Of a DNA stretch of 32,000 bases, positions 1 to 7,537 are shown piece after piece (position 1 is the stretch's first letter; each line of letters starts with the position of its first letter). The notes below the pieces were generated by a model. The model ran no database searches and was not told the DNA's origin. It saw only the letters and a list, made by a program, of their open reading frames with translations. The position numbers and the translations under genes were made by a program. This DNA is from Pseudodesulfovibrio piezophilus C1TLV30 (lineage in GTDB: Bacteria; Desulfobacterota; Desulfovibrionia; Desulfovibrionales; Desulfovibrionaceae): positions 1,830,001 to 1,862,000 of the forward strand of contig NC_020409.1 of assembly GCF_000341895.1 (NCBI RefSeq), read 5' to 3'.

Positions 1-119
1 TCGCAATGAATGCAAACCCAACAATCACGAGGTGTAAAGTGGCACCGCAAGCTGTTTTGATAACGATGATATGTTTTTTCACCACAATATTTACAGTATC
101 TATATTTGAGAATACTCAT
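1..119 (-). CDS. N-terminal part of a Cys-rich protein of unknown function; runs off the left edge of the window
   Basis: Absent from the supplied track because it is open at the window edge. The reverse complement of 1-119 reads ATG (119-117) MSILKYRYCKYCGEKTYHRYQNSLRCHFTPRDCWVCIHC.. with no stop. AAGGG lies 6 nt upstream of the ATG. It has CxxC and CxxCxxC spacings. The region is AT-rich: line 61-120 is 16/60 G+C by hand count. Confidence 0.35.
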   Translation of the reverse strand, partial: MSILKYRYCKYCGEKTYHRYQNSLRCHFTPRDCWVCIHC

Positions 120-175
120 GCTCAACCCTTGTTTCTTCAATAGAATAGCAGTCATACCACAGTCGGGAATCCAGA

Positions 176-193
176 TGTCACCGGAATGTGACA
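176..193. promoter_or_regulatory. Perfect palindrome TGTCAC-N6-GTGACA between the truA stop and the edge ORF
   Basis: Read directly: tgtcac (176-181), cggaat, gtgaca (188-193). No T-tract follows on the minus strand, so it is not a classical intrinsic terminator. Its centre is about 65 nt upstream of the ATG at 119. The inner GTCAC-N6-GTGAC has the same 5-N6-5 spacing as Crp/Fnr-type sites. Confidence 0.3.
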
Positions 194-204
194 AAACGGC
201 AAAT

Positions 205-957
205 TTATTTTTCCGAAGAATAAAGGACCGAGGCAAGTGACAACCCCTGTGGCGGTGCTGTGGCTGGAGCTGCCATGCGATTTCTTCCCTTGAGCAGCCC
301 TCGCACTTCTTGAGGAGTAATCCTGCCCCGCCCGCATGCCACAAGACAGCCCACAATATTGCGCACCATTTGCTTGAGAAACCCGTTTGCCTCGAACCGC
401 CAGACTGTTTCATGTTCGGACAAACCGGTACGGAAGGAAATATCGGACACGGTCCGCACTGTAGACTTGACCGGGGTTCCCACATTTTGGAATGCGGCAA
501 AATCATGTTCACCCAGCAGAGCATCGGCTCCGGCAAGCATGAGAGAATAATCGACCGAGCCGCACGCCCAGACAAACCTGCGTCGCTGCGGAAGACAGAA
601 CTCCCGCGTATGCCAAAGGACATATTCGTAAATTTTTCCGGTAGCCGAATAACGGGCATGAAACATCTCGGGAACCCGTGCGCTCTCAAGGACACGAATA
701 TCCGTTGGAAGCATGGAGTTCAAAGCGCGTTGCCAGGGAATATCCGCGCGTTCTGGGGGACAGTCGAAATGGCAGACCTGCCCCATGGCATGGACACCGG
801 AATCGGTTCGCCCCGAGCCATGGACTCGTGGGGAATGGCCCAGGATGCGGCCAAGCGCCTTCTCCAAATCGCCTTGGACAGTCCTGTCGTGCGGTTGGAG
901 TTGCCATCCTGAAAAATCGGTGCCGTCATAGGCAAGGGTCAGTCGAATACGGGTCAA
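205..957 (-). CDS. truA: tRNA pseudouridine(38-40) synthase TruA
   Basis: The 250-aa ORF starts MTRIRLTLAYDGTDFSGWQLQP and contains GSGRTDSGVHAMGQV, the catalytic Asp motif typical of TruA. The start codon is TTG at 957, with an in-frame TGA 12 nt upstream. Confidence 0.95.
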   Translation of the reverse strand: MTRIRLTLAYDGTDFSGWQLQPHDRTVQGDLEKALGRILGHSPRVHGSGRTDSGVHAMGQVCHFDCPPERADIPWQRALNSMLPTDIRVLESARVPEMFHARYSATGKIYEYVLWHTREFCLPQRRRFVWACGSVDYSLMLAGADALLGEHDFAAFQNVGTPVKSTVRTVSDISFRTGLSEHETVWRFEANGFLKQMVRNIVGCLVACGRGRITPQEVRGLLKGRNRMAAPATAPPQGLSLASVLYSSEK

Positions 958-1044
958 GGGTCTCTCTCATGAATAGAGTACTGTGAAATCGAGCGCCCTG
1001 GGTTATCTCCTGTCGCAGTCAAAGTTCGCTCCAATGCAATGGAG

Positions 1045-1767
1045 TCACTTCCGTGCCGCGCGTGCTTTCTTCACCCTCAGGTTCAAAAATTCCACAAACA
1101 GGGAAAATCCCATGGCGAAGTAGATGTAGCCGCGATCGATGTGCTTATGCAACCCTTCGGCCATGAGAAAAATCCCCACCAGCAGGAGGAAGGAAAACGC
1201 GAGCATTTGCACCGTGGGATGATCGGAAACAAATGCACTCACCGATCCGGCAAAGAGCAGCATGACCAACACAGCCACCACAATGGCTGAGACCATGACG
1301 CCAAGGTGCTGGGCCATCCCCACAGCCGTGATGACCGAATCCAGGGAGAAGACAAGATCAAGCAGCATGATCTGAGCAATGGCACTGAGAAAGGAATATT
1401 GTGACCGGACATGCCCGTCCTTGGCTCCGGACTCCTCCATTGTATCGTGAATCTCGTGGGTTGCCTTGGCAAGCAGGAACACCCCGCCAATCAACAGCAC
1501 AAGGTCCCGACCAGACACGATATGCCCGAAGACTGTGAACAACGGTGCCGTCAGCCCCATGATAGCGGAAATGGCAAGCAACAGGGCAATACGGGTCACC
1601 ATGGCCAGGCCGATTCCCAGGCGTCTTGCCATGGCTCGCGACGCTTCTGGCAGTTTGTTGGTGACCACCACGACAAAGACGATATTGTCTATGCCGAGGA
1701 CGATCTCCAGCCCGACCAGGGTGATCAGCGCGATAAGATTCTCCAGGGTCAACAGTCCTTCAAACAT
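1045..1767 (-). CDS. TerC family integral membrane protein
   Basis: The 240-aa polytopic ORF has an N-terminus LIALITLVGLEIVLGIDNIVFV and a later DSVITAVGM motif, both characteristic of TerC/Alx-type proteins. ATG start with GGAGAAAG just upstream. Confidence 0.88.
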   Translation of the reverse strand: MFEGLLTLENLIALITLVGLEIVLGIDNIVFVVVVTNKLPEASRAMARRLGIGLAMVTRIALLLAISAIMGLTAPLFTVFGHIVSGRDLVLLIGGVFLLAKATHEIHDTMEESGAKDGHVRSQYSFLSAIAQIMLLDLVFSLDSVITAVGMAQHLGVMVSAIVVAVLVMLLFAGSVSAFVSDHPTVQMLAFSFLLLVGIFLMAEGLHKHIDRGYIYFAMGFSLFVEFLNLRVKKARAARK

Positions 1768-1927
1768 ACTTTCTCCAAAGTAATTATGTTATGAAAGAAA
1801 GTATGGAGAAAGGAGCTTTATAAATCAATGAAAGCTTTTCCCAAACCCCTCAGGGTGTGATATTCATTCCTGACTGAAAAAATGTGATTTTTGTCTTTTC
1901 ATTCATTATAAGAACGGGGGATCGACA

Positions 1928-2836
1928 ATGCGAATCGGAATGATAGGTCTCGGACGGATGGGCATGAACATGGCTCGCAGGCTCTTGCAGCACGATATCG
2001 AAGTCGTCGCTTTCAACCGCACCGCAGACAAGGTGGACCAACTCAAGGTGGAAGGCGCTCTCGGCGCATACTCCTACGCTGAGCTCAAGGAGCAACTGGA
2101 ACCACCACGCACGGTCTGGAGTATGCTCCCGGCTGGAGCCCCCACCCAAGCTGCCATCGCAGAACTGGCCGAACTTCTGGATGAAGGAGATACCATTATC
2201 GAAGGAGGCAACTCGTATTACAAGGAAGACATCAAGAATGCCGAGATCCTGAAAGCCAAAGGGATCAACTACCTTGATGCCGGAGTCTCCGGCGGCATCT
2301 GGGGACTTCAGATCGGGTATTGCACTATGGTCGGCGGTCCAAGAGAAGAATTTGACAGACTTGACCCCATTTTCAAGGCACTGGCACCGGAAAGGGGCTA
2401 TATGTATTGTGGCCCGGCCGGGTCGGGCCATTTCATCAAAATGGTTCACAACGGCATCGAGTACGGCATGATGCAGGCCTATGCCGAGGGATTCGCACTC
2501 ATAGAGGATTCCCAGTTCGGCGCAGGAATCGACTTTGCGGAACTGTCCGATCTCTGGAATCAAGGAAGCGTCATCCGTTCCTGGCTGCTGGAATTGGCAG
2601 GAGATGCTTTTTCCAAAAGCGAACGGCTGGACGACTTGGAAGGGTATGTGGATGATTCCGGCGAAGGACGCTGGACCGTCATGCAGGCCATTGAGACCAG
2701 CACCCCGGCTCCGGTCCTGACCTCTGCCCTGATGGAGCGGTTTGCGTCACGACGCCCCAATGACTTCCGCTACCGTGTTCTGGCCGCACTGCGCCGAGAG
2801 TTCGGAGGCCATGCTGTCAAGAAATCCGAGGAGTAG
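1928..2836 (+). CDS. gnd: 6-phosphogluconate dehydrogenase (decarboxylating), short about 300-aa form
   Basis: MRIGMIGLGRMGMNMARRL Rossmann N-terminus, GGNSYYKED, GVSGG and GHFIKMVHNGIEYG motifs. Its stop lies 3 nt before the zwf start. Confidence 0.9.
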   Translation: MRIGMIGLGRMGMNMARRLLQHDIEVVAFNRTADKVDQLKVEGALGAYSYAELKEQLEPPRTVWSMLPAGAPTQAAIAELAELLDEGDTIIEGGNSYYKEDIKNAEILKAKGINYLDAGVSGGIWGLQIGYCTMVGGPREEFDRLDPIFKALAPERGYMYCGPAGSGHFIKMVHNGIEYGMMQAYAEGFALIEDSQFGAGIDFAELSDLWNQGSVIRSWLLELAGDAFSKSERLDDLEGYVDDSGEGRWTVMQAIETSTPAPVLTSALMERFASRRPNDFRYRVLAALRREFGGHAVKKSEE

Positions 2837-2839
2837 AGA

Positions 2840-4324
2840 ATGGCTGATACCAATGGAATAGAGACCTGCGACTACAACACCCCTAAGGACCCGTGCGCCA
2901 TCGTCATCTTCGGCGCGACCGGGGACTTGGCGGCGAGAAAGATTCTGCCGTCCCTCTACGCACTACTCTGCTCGGGCCGCCTGCCCGATCCAAGCATCAT
3001 TATCGGCGTGTCCAGATCCGGCCTCAGCCATGAGGAATACCGTGAAAGGACACGGCAGGCTCTGGTCGAATCAAATGCGGACATGAAGTGCTGGGAAGAT
3101 TTTGCGCCCCGCCTTTTTTACAGGAGCGTGGACGTCAATGACGTGGGCACATTCACCAACCTGGCCGGTTTCATCAAGGACAAGGAATCGGAATTCCAGA
3201 CCGGTGGCAACAGGCTCTTCCACCTTTCCGTCCCCCCGGTGGCATACGAGGCCATCGCTCAATCACTTGCCCATGTCGGACTGGCGCACGAAAAGGACAA
3301 CTGGTCGCGACTGGTTGTGGAAAAACCCTTTGGATACGATCTGGAGAGTTCCAGAAAACTTGCAGCCGCGCTTAAGGAAGGATTCAAGGAAAAACAAATC
3401 TTCCGTATTGATCACTATCTGGCCAAGGAAACCGTGCAAAACATGCTGATGTTCCGGTTCGCCAATTCCATCTTCGAACCGGTCTGGAACAGACAATTCA
3501 TCCAATCCGTTCACATTACTGCAGCAGAATCATTGGGAGTTGAACACAGAGCCGGATTTTACGACCATACCGGCGTCCTGCGCGACATGTTTCAAAATCA
3601 CATGATGCAGCTCCTCTCCCTAGTGGCCATGGAGCCACCTTCGATCTACGAAGCGAACCGTATCCGGGATGAAAAAGCCAAGATCTACCGAAGCCTCAGG
3701 CCGTTCCCCATGGACAGCCTTGACGAGAATCTCGTACTCGGCCAGTACGCGGCAGGCATGATCAAAGAGAAATCCGTGCCGTCCTACGTCTCGGAGCCCG
3801 GAGTCTCCCCCAATTCAACCACCCCGACCTTTGCCTCCATGAAAGCCTATATCGACAACTGGCGGTGGCAGGGGGTGCCCTTTTACATTACCTCGGGAAA
3901 ACGAATGTCCACCAAGCGGACCGATATCGAAGTCAAGTTCAAGGAAGTTCCTCACTCCATGTTCAGGAATATTCTGGGCGAACATATCACGGCCAACAGG
4001 TTGACCCTCTCCATACACCCCAAGGAAGAAGTCATGCTCAGCTTCCAGGCCAAGACCCCGGGGCCAGGGATGTGTTTGCGAAACGTGACAATGAACTTTG
4101 ACTACGCCATGGGACACCCCCTCAGACTGACGGCCTATGAAAAAGTCCTGCTTGATGTGCTTATGGGGGATCATACCCTCTTCTGGCGTCAGGACAGTGT
4201 GGACCTCTGCTGGTCATACCTGACCCCGATGCTCAAGGAATGCGAATGCGAAGAACAGGCAGAACGCCTCCACTTGTACAAGGCCGGGACGGATGGTCCC
4301 AAAAAGGCGCGAGGCGATTGGTAA
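2840..4324 (+). CDS. zwf: glucose-6-phosphate 1-dehydrogenase
   Basis: 494 aa with FGATGDLAARK dinucleotide motif, RIDHYLAKETVQNMLMFRFAN active-site signature, and DMFQNHMMQLL. Confidence 0.96.
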   Translation: MADTNGIETCDYNTPKDPCAIVIFGATGDLAARKILPSLYALLCSGRLPDPSIIIGVSRSGLSHEEYRERTRQALVESNADMKCWEDFAPRLFYRSVDVNDVGTFTNLAGFIKDKESEFQTGGNRLFHLSVPPVAYEAIAQSLAHVGLAHEKDNWSRLVVEKPFGYDLESSRKLAAALKEGFKEKQIFRIDHYLAKETVQNMLMFRFANSIFEPVWNRQFIQSVHITAAESLGVEHRAGFYDHTGVLRDMFQNHMMQLLSLVAMEPPSIYEANRIRDEKAKIYRSLRPFPMDSLDENLVLGQYAAGMIKEKSVPSYVSEPGVSPNSTTPTFASMKAYIDNWRWQGVPFYITSGKRMSTKRTDIEVKFKEVPHSMFRNILGEHITANRLTLSIHPKEEVMLSFQAKTPGPGMCLRNVTMNFDYAMGHPLRLTAYEKVLLDVLMGDHTLFWRQDSVDLCWSYLTPMLKECECEEQAERLHLYKAGTDGPKKARGDW

Positions 4325-4346
4325 CACTCAGAGTGGGAGGAATCCA

Positions 4347-5102
4347 ATGGTGGATTTTCATGTCTATGCCGATACCGAAGAATTGAGCCAGGCCGCAGCA
4401 AGGCTCTTTGCCGACCTGTCCCACAAGGCCCACGACCTTCGCGGCCGTTTTATAGTCGCACTGTCCGGCGGCTCCACGCCTCGAAGACTCTTCGAAATTC
4501 TGGCGACCCCTCAATTCGCTGAAATGATACAGTGGGACAGCGTGGTCGTTTTCTGGGGAGATGATCGAGCAGTGGGGCCGGATCATGAGTGGAGCAACTA
4601 CAAACTTGCCCATGAATCTCTCCTGGCTCACGTTCCGATTCCGAAAGAATACATCGTGCGCATCCGGGGAGAACTTGGGGCAGCCAAGGCGGCTGAAGTC
4701 ATGCTTGAGGAACTGCGCCATGTCTTTGGAGATGAATCCTTGCCAAGATTCGATCTCATCATTCAGGGAATGGGAGGAGATGGACATACCGCGTCGCTGT
4801 TCCCTGGCACGGACGATCTCAATGCCACGGACTGGGTCGTGCCCGTCTTTGATCCACCCGCTGATCCGAAGGTAGACCGTGTGACACTCTCCTTTCCGGT
4901 CCTCAACCAGGCTCGGGTTGCCCTCTTCCTGGCCGCAGGAGCGGATAAACGGGACAAGATTTCTGAGATCATGAATGATCCCAGCGCGTCGGAACGGTAT
5001 CCCGCCGCCCGCCTGGAAGCGGAAAAAACCTTCTGGTATGTGGATGAGGCCGCTTTTGCCGGACTGTCCGGGGTCGAGAAAAATCCAAGCAACACAGCCT
5101 AA
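4347..5102 (+). CDS. pgl: 6-phosphogluconolactonase
   Basis: The track ORF starts at 4293 inside zwf. I prefer the ATG at 4347, which has GGGAGG at 4335-4340. The protein reads MVDFHVYADTEELSQAAARLF..ALSGGSTP..WGDDR..QGMGGDGHTASLFPG, typical of Pgl/DevB. Confidence 0.9.
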   Translation: MVDFHVYADTEELSQAAARLFADLSHKAHDLRGRFIVALSGGSTPRRLFEILATPQFAEMIQWDSVVVFWGDDRAVGPDHEWSNYKLAHESLLAHVPIPKEYIVRIRGELGAAKAAEVMLEELRHVFGDESLPRFDLIIQGMGGDGHTASLFPGTDDLNATDWVVPVFDPPADPKVDRVTLSFPVLNQARVALFLAAGADKRDKISEIMNDPSASERYPAARLEAEKTFWYVDEAAFAGLSGVEKNPSNTA

Positions 5103-5127
5103 AAAAAATCCTATTTGGGAGGGGGGA

Positions 5128-5769
5128 TCACCGCGACCTCCTCCCATTCCATGCCTCTGCCGAGCGATGAATATACAGCCCGGCCCACCCCCCCATAAAA
5201 AGAGCCACCGGAGAAACGGGCAAACCATATTGCTTTAGAAACGACTCTATCCCACCCTGAGCCATGAAGTGTCGGAAGTGGGCATAATGCGCCGCGCCTG
5301 CCAGCCACTCCACCAGGCCGATACCCATTCGTGTCAACCGAGCCTGAAACGGAGATGGGAGACGGTAGTCGGAGACCAAAACCGTTCCGCCCGGCCGGAC
5401 CAGACGTTCCGCCTCCTTCAGTATCGCTTCGGCCTGCATTGCCGACTTCTCATGCAAAGCAAAACTGATAGTCACGGCATCAAATGCTTTAGCAGTCAAA
5501 TCTGTGCGGGTCGCGTCATTTCGCGAAAATGACGCCCCACTCCATTTCTTTGTGGCTACAGCGAGCATTGCGGGCGAATTGTCCACCCCCGTCGCGGAGA
5601 GTCCCACCTCCCACACCATGCCGCAGAACTGGCCGGTGCCGCAGCACAGGTCCACGACACTTGTGCACCCGTTTTCGACAAGGAGAGACTGCATGGCGCT
5701 ATGAACGGGGCGTAAAAAAGGCCCCACCACAGGGTCATAAAGCGAAGCGAACCGGGCATATTCATCCAT
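5128..5769 (-). CDS. class I SAM-dependent methyltransferase
   Basis: VVDLCCGTGQF (motif I) and RLVRPGGTVLV motifs. The track start is TTG at 5787. The ATG at 5769 is preceded by GGAGA with a 5-nt spacer, so I prefer it. Confidence 0.8.
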   Translation of the reverse strand: MDEYARFASLYDPVVGPFLRPVHSAMQSLLVENGCTSVVDLCCGTGQFCGMVWEVGLSATGVDNSPAMLAVATKKWSGASFSRNDATRTDLTAKAFDAVTISFALHEKSAMQAEAILKEAERLVRPGGTVLVSDYRLPSPFQARLTRMGIGLVEWLAGAAHYAHFRHFMAQGGIESFLKQYGLPVSPVALFMGGWAGLYIHRSAEAWNGRRSR

Positions 5770-5783
5770 TATCTTCTCCAAAT

Positions 5784-6545
5784 TCAATTCAACTTGAGAA
5801 TCCGATCGAGATCTGCTTCCGTAACCCCCATCGACAGCATCAAAGTCTGGATTTCGCCGGAAGCGCGCAACTCTTTCATTCTGGAATTGAAGATTTCCAA
5901 AAACCGCCGACCTTTTTCAGTTGGGGCAAAAATTACCCGCACTTCATAACTGCCGATGTCGTCAAAAAGAAAATCAGCCGGGGAAAGATGCGACTCCCAC
6001 ATGGCATGCCTGAGCAATCGTCTGTCCCCCAGTACAAACTTCACATGGTCCCTATCGAGCATGTGGAAGCCCGAACTGAGCGCGTATATCGGTTGATACT
6101 GAAAAGGCACGCCAAGCAACTCTGACAAACCAAAGCCAAAACGGGCGGCCACCCGCCTTCCCGCCAGAGACTGAACTCCTGCAAACGGCGTCGTGCGTAG
6201 ATGAGCCACGGCAATATCATAAGTGACCACAGTGACATCTCCCTGCAAAACACCGTCAATCCGATCCTTAAGAGCCAGCGTGCAATGGATGTTCCCCTTT
6301 TTCAAGGCTTCAAGGATCCGAACATATGGCAAGGGTTTATGAATGAAGTCGAGGTTATCAGGAGCATAGACTGTTTCGAGAAGCGACGTTATCACCCCGG
6401 AGTTTCCGGGCTGTACGATCTGATACAGAAAGGGCATACCGAAGATCACGGAATCCCGAGCTTTCCACGGATCATCTTCGTCAGCATGCACTGAAGCAGC
6501 ACAGCAGAACACCAGCAAGAGGCATATGGCAAAGAGTCTTTTCAC
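5784..6545 (-). CDS. secreted solute-binding-protein-like protein (family 3 SBP fold, tentative), orphan
   Basis: 253 aa with signal peptide MKRLFAICLLLVFCCAASVHA. Size and pattern resemble the periplasmic amino-acid-binding-like proteins that commonly occur without transporter genes. GTG start. The family call is from overall resemblance only. Confidence 0.55.
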   Translation of the reverse strand: MKRLFAICLLLVFCCAASVHADEDDPWKARDSVIFGMPFLYQIVQPGNSGVITSLLETVYAPDNLDFIHKPLPYVRILEALKKGNIHCTLALKDRIDGVLQGDVTVVTYDIAVAHLRTTPFAGVQSLAGRRVAARFGFGLSELLGVPFQYQPIYALSSGFHMLDRDHVKFVLGDRRLLRHAMWESHLSPADFLFDDIGSYEVRVIFAPTEKGRRFLEIFNSRMKELRASGEIQTLMLSMGVTEADLDRILKLN

Positions 6546-6688
6546 TCTACCAGTATCCTGTAAATATCCTTCGAAATCAAGCAGGTTTGTGAGAAAACGA
6601 TTACAGTAGATCCTGTTGGACGGTTGTCGCGGCTCGTGCTAACCGGGAAAATCCACTGGAAGTCTGGGTGGAAAGAAAGGGGAAGGAC

Positions 6689-7345
6689 ATGAAATTTTCC
6701 GGCATCAATCTGCTTGACGAATTGGCAAAAGAGGAACTCGCAGACCTGCGAAGCGTCTTTAGCGAACGAAACTTTGCCAAGGGATCGGTGATCTATACCC
6801 CGGATGAAGGTGAGAATCTCGTCTTTGTCATCGCCCGTGGACGGGTACGGATTTACCTCGCCTATGAGGACAAGGAATTTACCCTCGGCATCCTCGGTCC
6901 CGGTGATCTCTACGCCACCCATGCGGGGTGCTATATCCAGGCTTTTGACGACACGGAACTGCTGGTCGCCAATGTCCGGTCAGTCAAAAGGATCATGGAT
7001 ACAGTCCCCATGTTCACACGAACCATGGTGCGCGTGCTCGGCCATATACTGCAAAACTCCTTCTCCATCATCGGCGGCCTGGCTTTCAAGGATATCTACA
7101 ATCGGCTCATGGATTACATCTTGAGCGAGGCCCGATCCTCCGGCATCCCCCATGCCCAGGGAATTCGCATCACCCTTGACCTGACCATCGAACAGCTTGC
7201 CCAACTCATGGGAGCAACCCGCCAGACCGTGTCCACCTTGCTCAATGATATGGAGCGGGCCGGACTGATGGAAAAACGGGGTCGGGGGCAGTATTTCATC
7301 CCAGATCTGGCTGCCCTGGAAAAGGCCGCTGGAGAACAGTTCTAA
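6689..7345 (+). CDS. cooA: Crp/Fnr-family CO-sensing transcription activator CooA
   Basis: From memory of R. rubrum CooA: GDLYATHAGCYIQA aligns with GDMFCMHSGCLVEA (heme ligand His77), and the C-terminal HTH RQTVSTLLNDMERAGLMEKRGRGQYFIPDL aligns with RQTTSTALNSLIKEGYISRQGRGHYTIPNL. The gene lies immediately upstream of cooS. The ATG at 6689 with an AAGGGGAAGG RBS is preferred over the GTG at 6668. Confidence 0.85.
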   Translation: MKFSGINLLDELAKEELADLRSVFSERNFAKGSVIYTPDEGENLVFVIARGRVRIYLAYEDKEFTLGILGPGDLYATHAGCYIQAFDDTELLVANVRSVKRIMDTVPMFTRTMVRVLGHILQNSFSIIGGLAFKDIYNRLMDYILSEARSSGIPHAQGIRITLDLTIEQLAQLMGATRQTVSTLLNDMERAGLMEKRGRGQYFIPDLAALEKAAGEQF

Positions 7346-7407
7346 TTCTCTAACAAAACCGGCTCAAAACCCACGTTCGAACGGTCCCGCCATTTTTCGC
7401 TCCCTTT

Positions 7408-7423
7408 TGTCGGCTATCCGACA
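7408..7423. promoter_or_regulatory. CooA-type operator TGTCGGCTATCCGACA (TGTCG-N6-CGACA)
   Basis: Perfect 16-bp palindrome read directly at 7408-7423, 115 nt upstream of the cooS ATG. It differs by one base from the R. rubrum CooA site as I recall it (TGTCA-N6-CGACA). Confidence 0.7.
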
Positions 7424-7437
7424 TACACTGAACATGA

Positions 7438-7461
7438 TGTGATGTACTGCTGGATATCACA
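7438..7461. promoter_or_regulatory. Inverted repeat TGTGAT-N12-ATCACA downstream of the CooA box
   Basis: Read directly: tgtgat (7438-7443) and atcaca (7456-7461). It covers the region where a -10 element and transcription start would fall if CooA acts from about -41.5. Function is unknown. Confidence 0.3.
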
Positions 7462-7537
7462 ATCAGGGTTGCACTTTTCTTTTACCCCATCGGACTGGCG
7501 CGACCGAGTCCGGTAAAACAGGTAGTTGGAGGAACAA

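Noticed and set aside
310-912. Other long antisense ORFs: 310-912(+), 1850-2563(-), 8006-8665(-), 9697-10200(-), 15765-16535(+), 24148-24813(+), 26829-27587(+), 29870-30446(+)
   Set aside because: Each lies opposite a confidently identified gene (truA, gnd, cooS, cooC, hybrid HK, HD-GYP, metX, UbiA). Their translations are Arg/Gly/Pro/His-rich, as expected for shadow frames.
1768-1927. Possible yybP-ykoY (Mn) riboswitch upstream of the TerC-family gene
   Set aside because: I read the minus-strand leader and did not find the conserved GGGGAGTAG-type core or matching helices. The region is simply AT-rich with a GGAGAAAG RBS.
4233-5228. 331-aa minus-strand ORF opposite pgl
   Set aside because: It is antisense to a gene with clear Pgl motifs and overlaps the zwf 3' end and the methyltransferase 3' end. 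It has no recognisable motifs or RBS.
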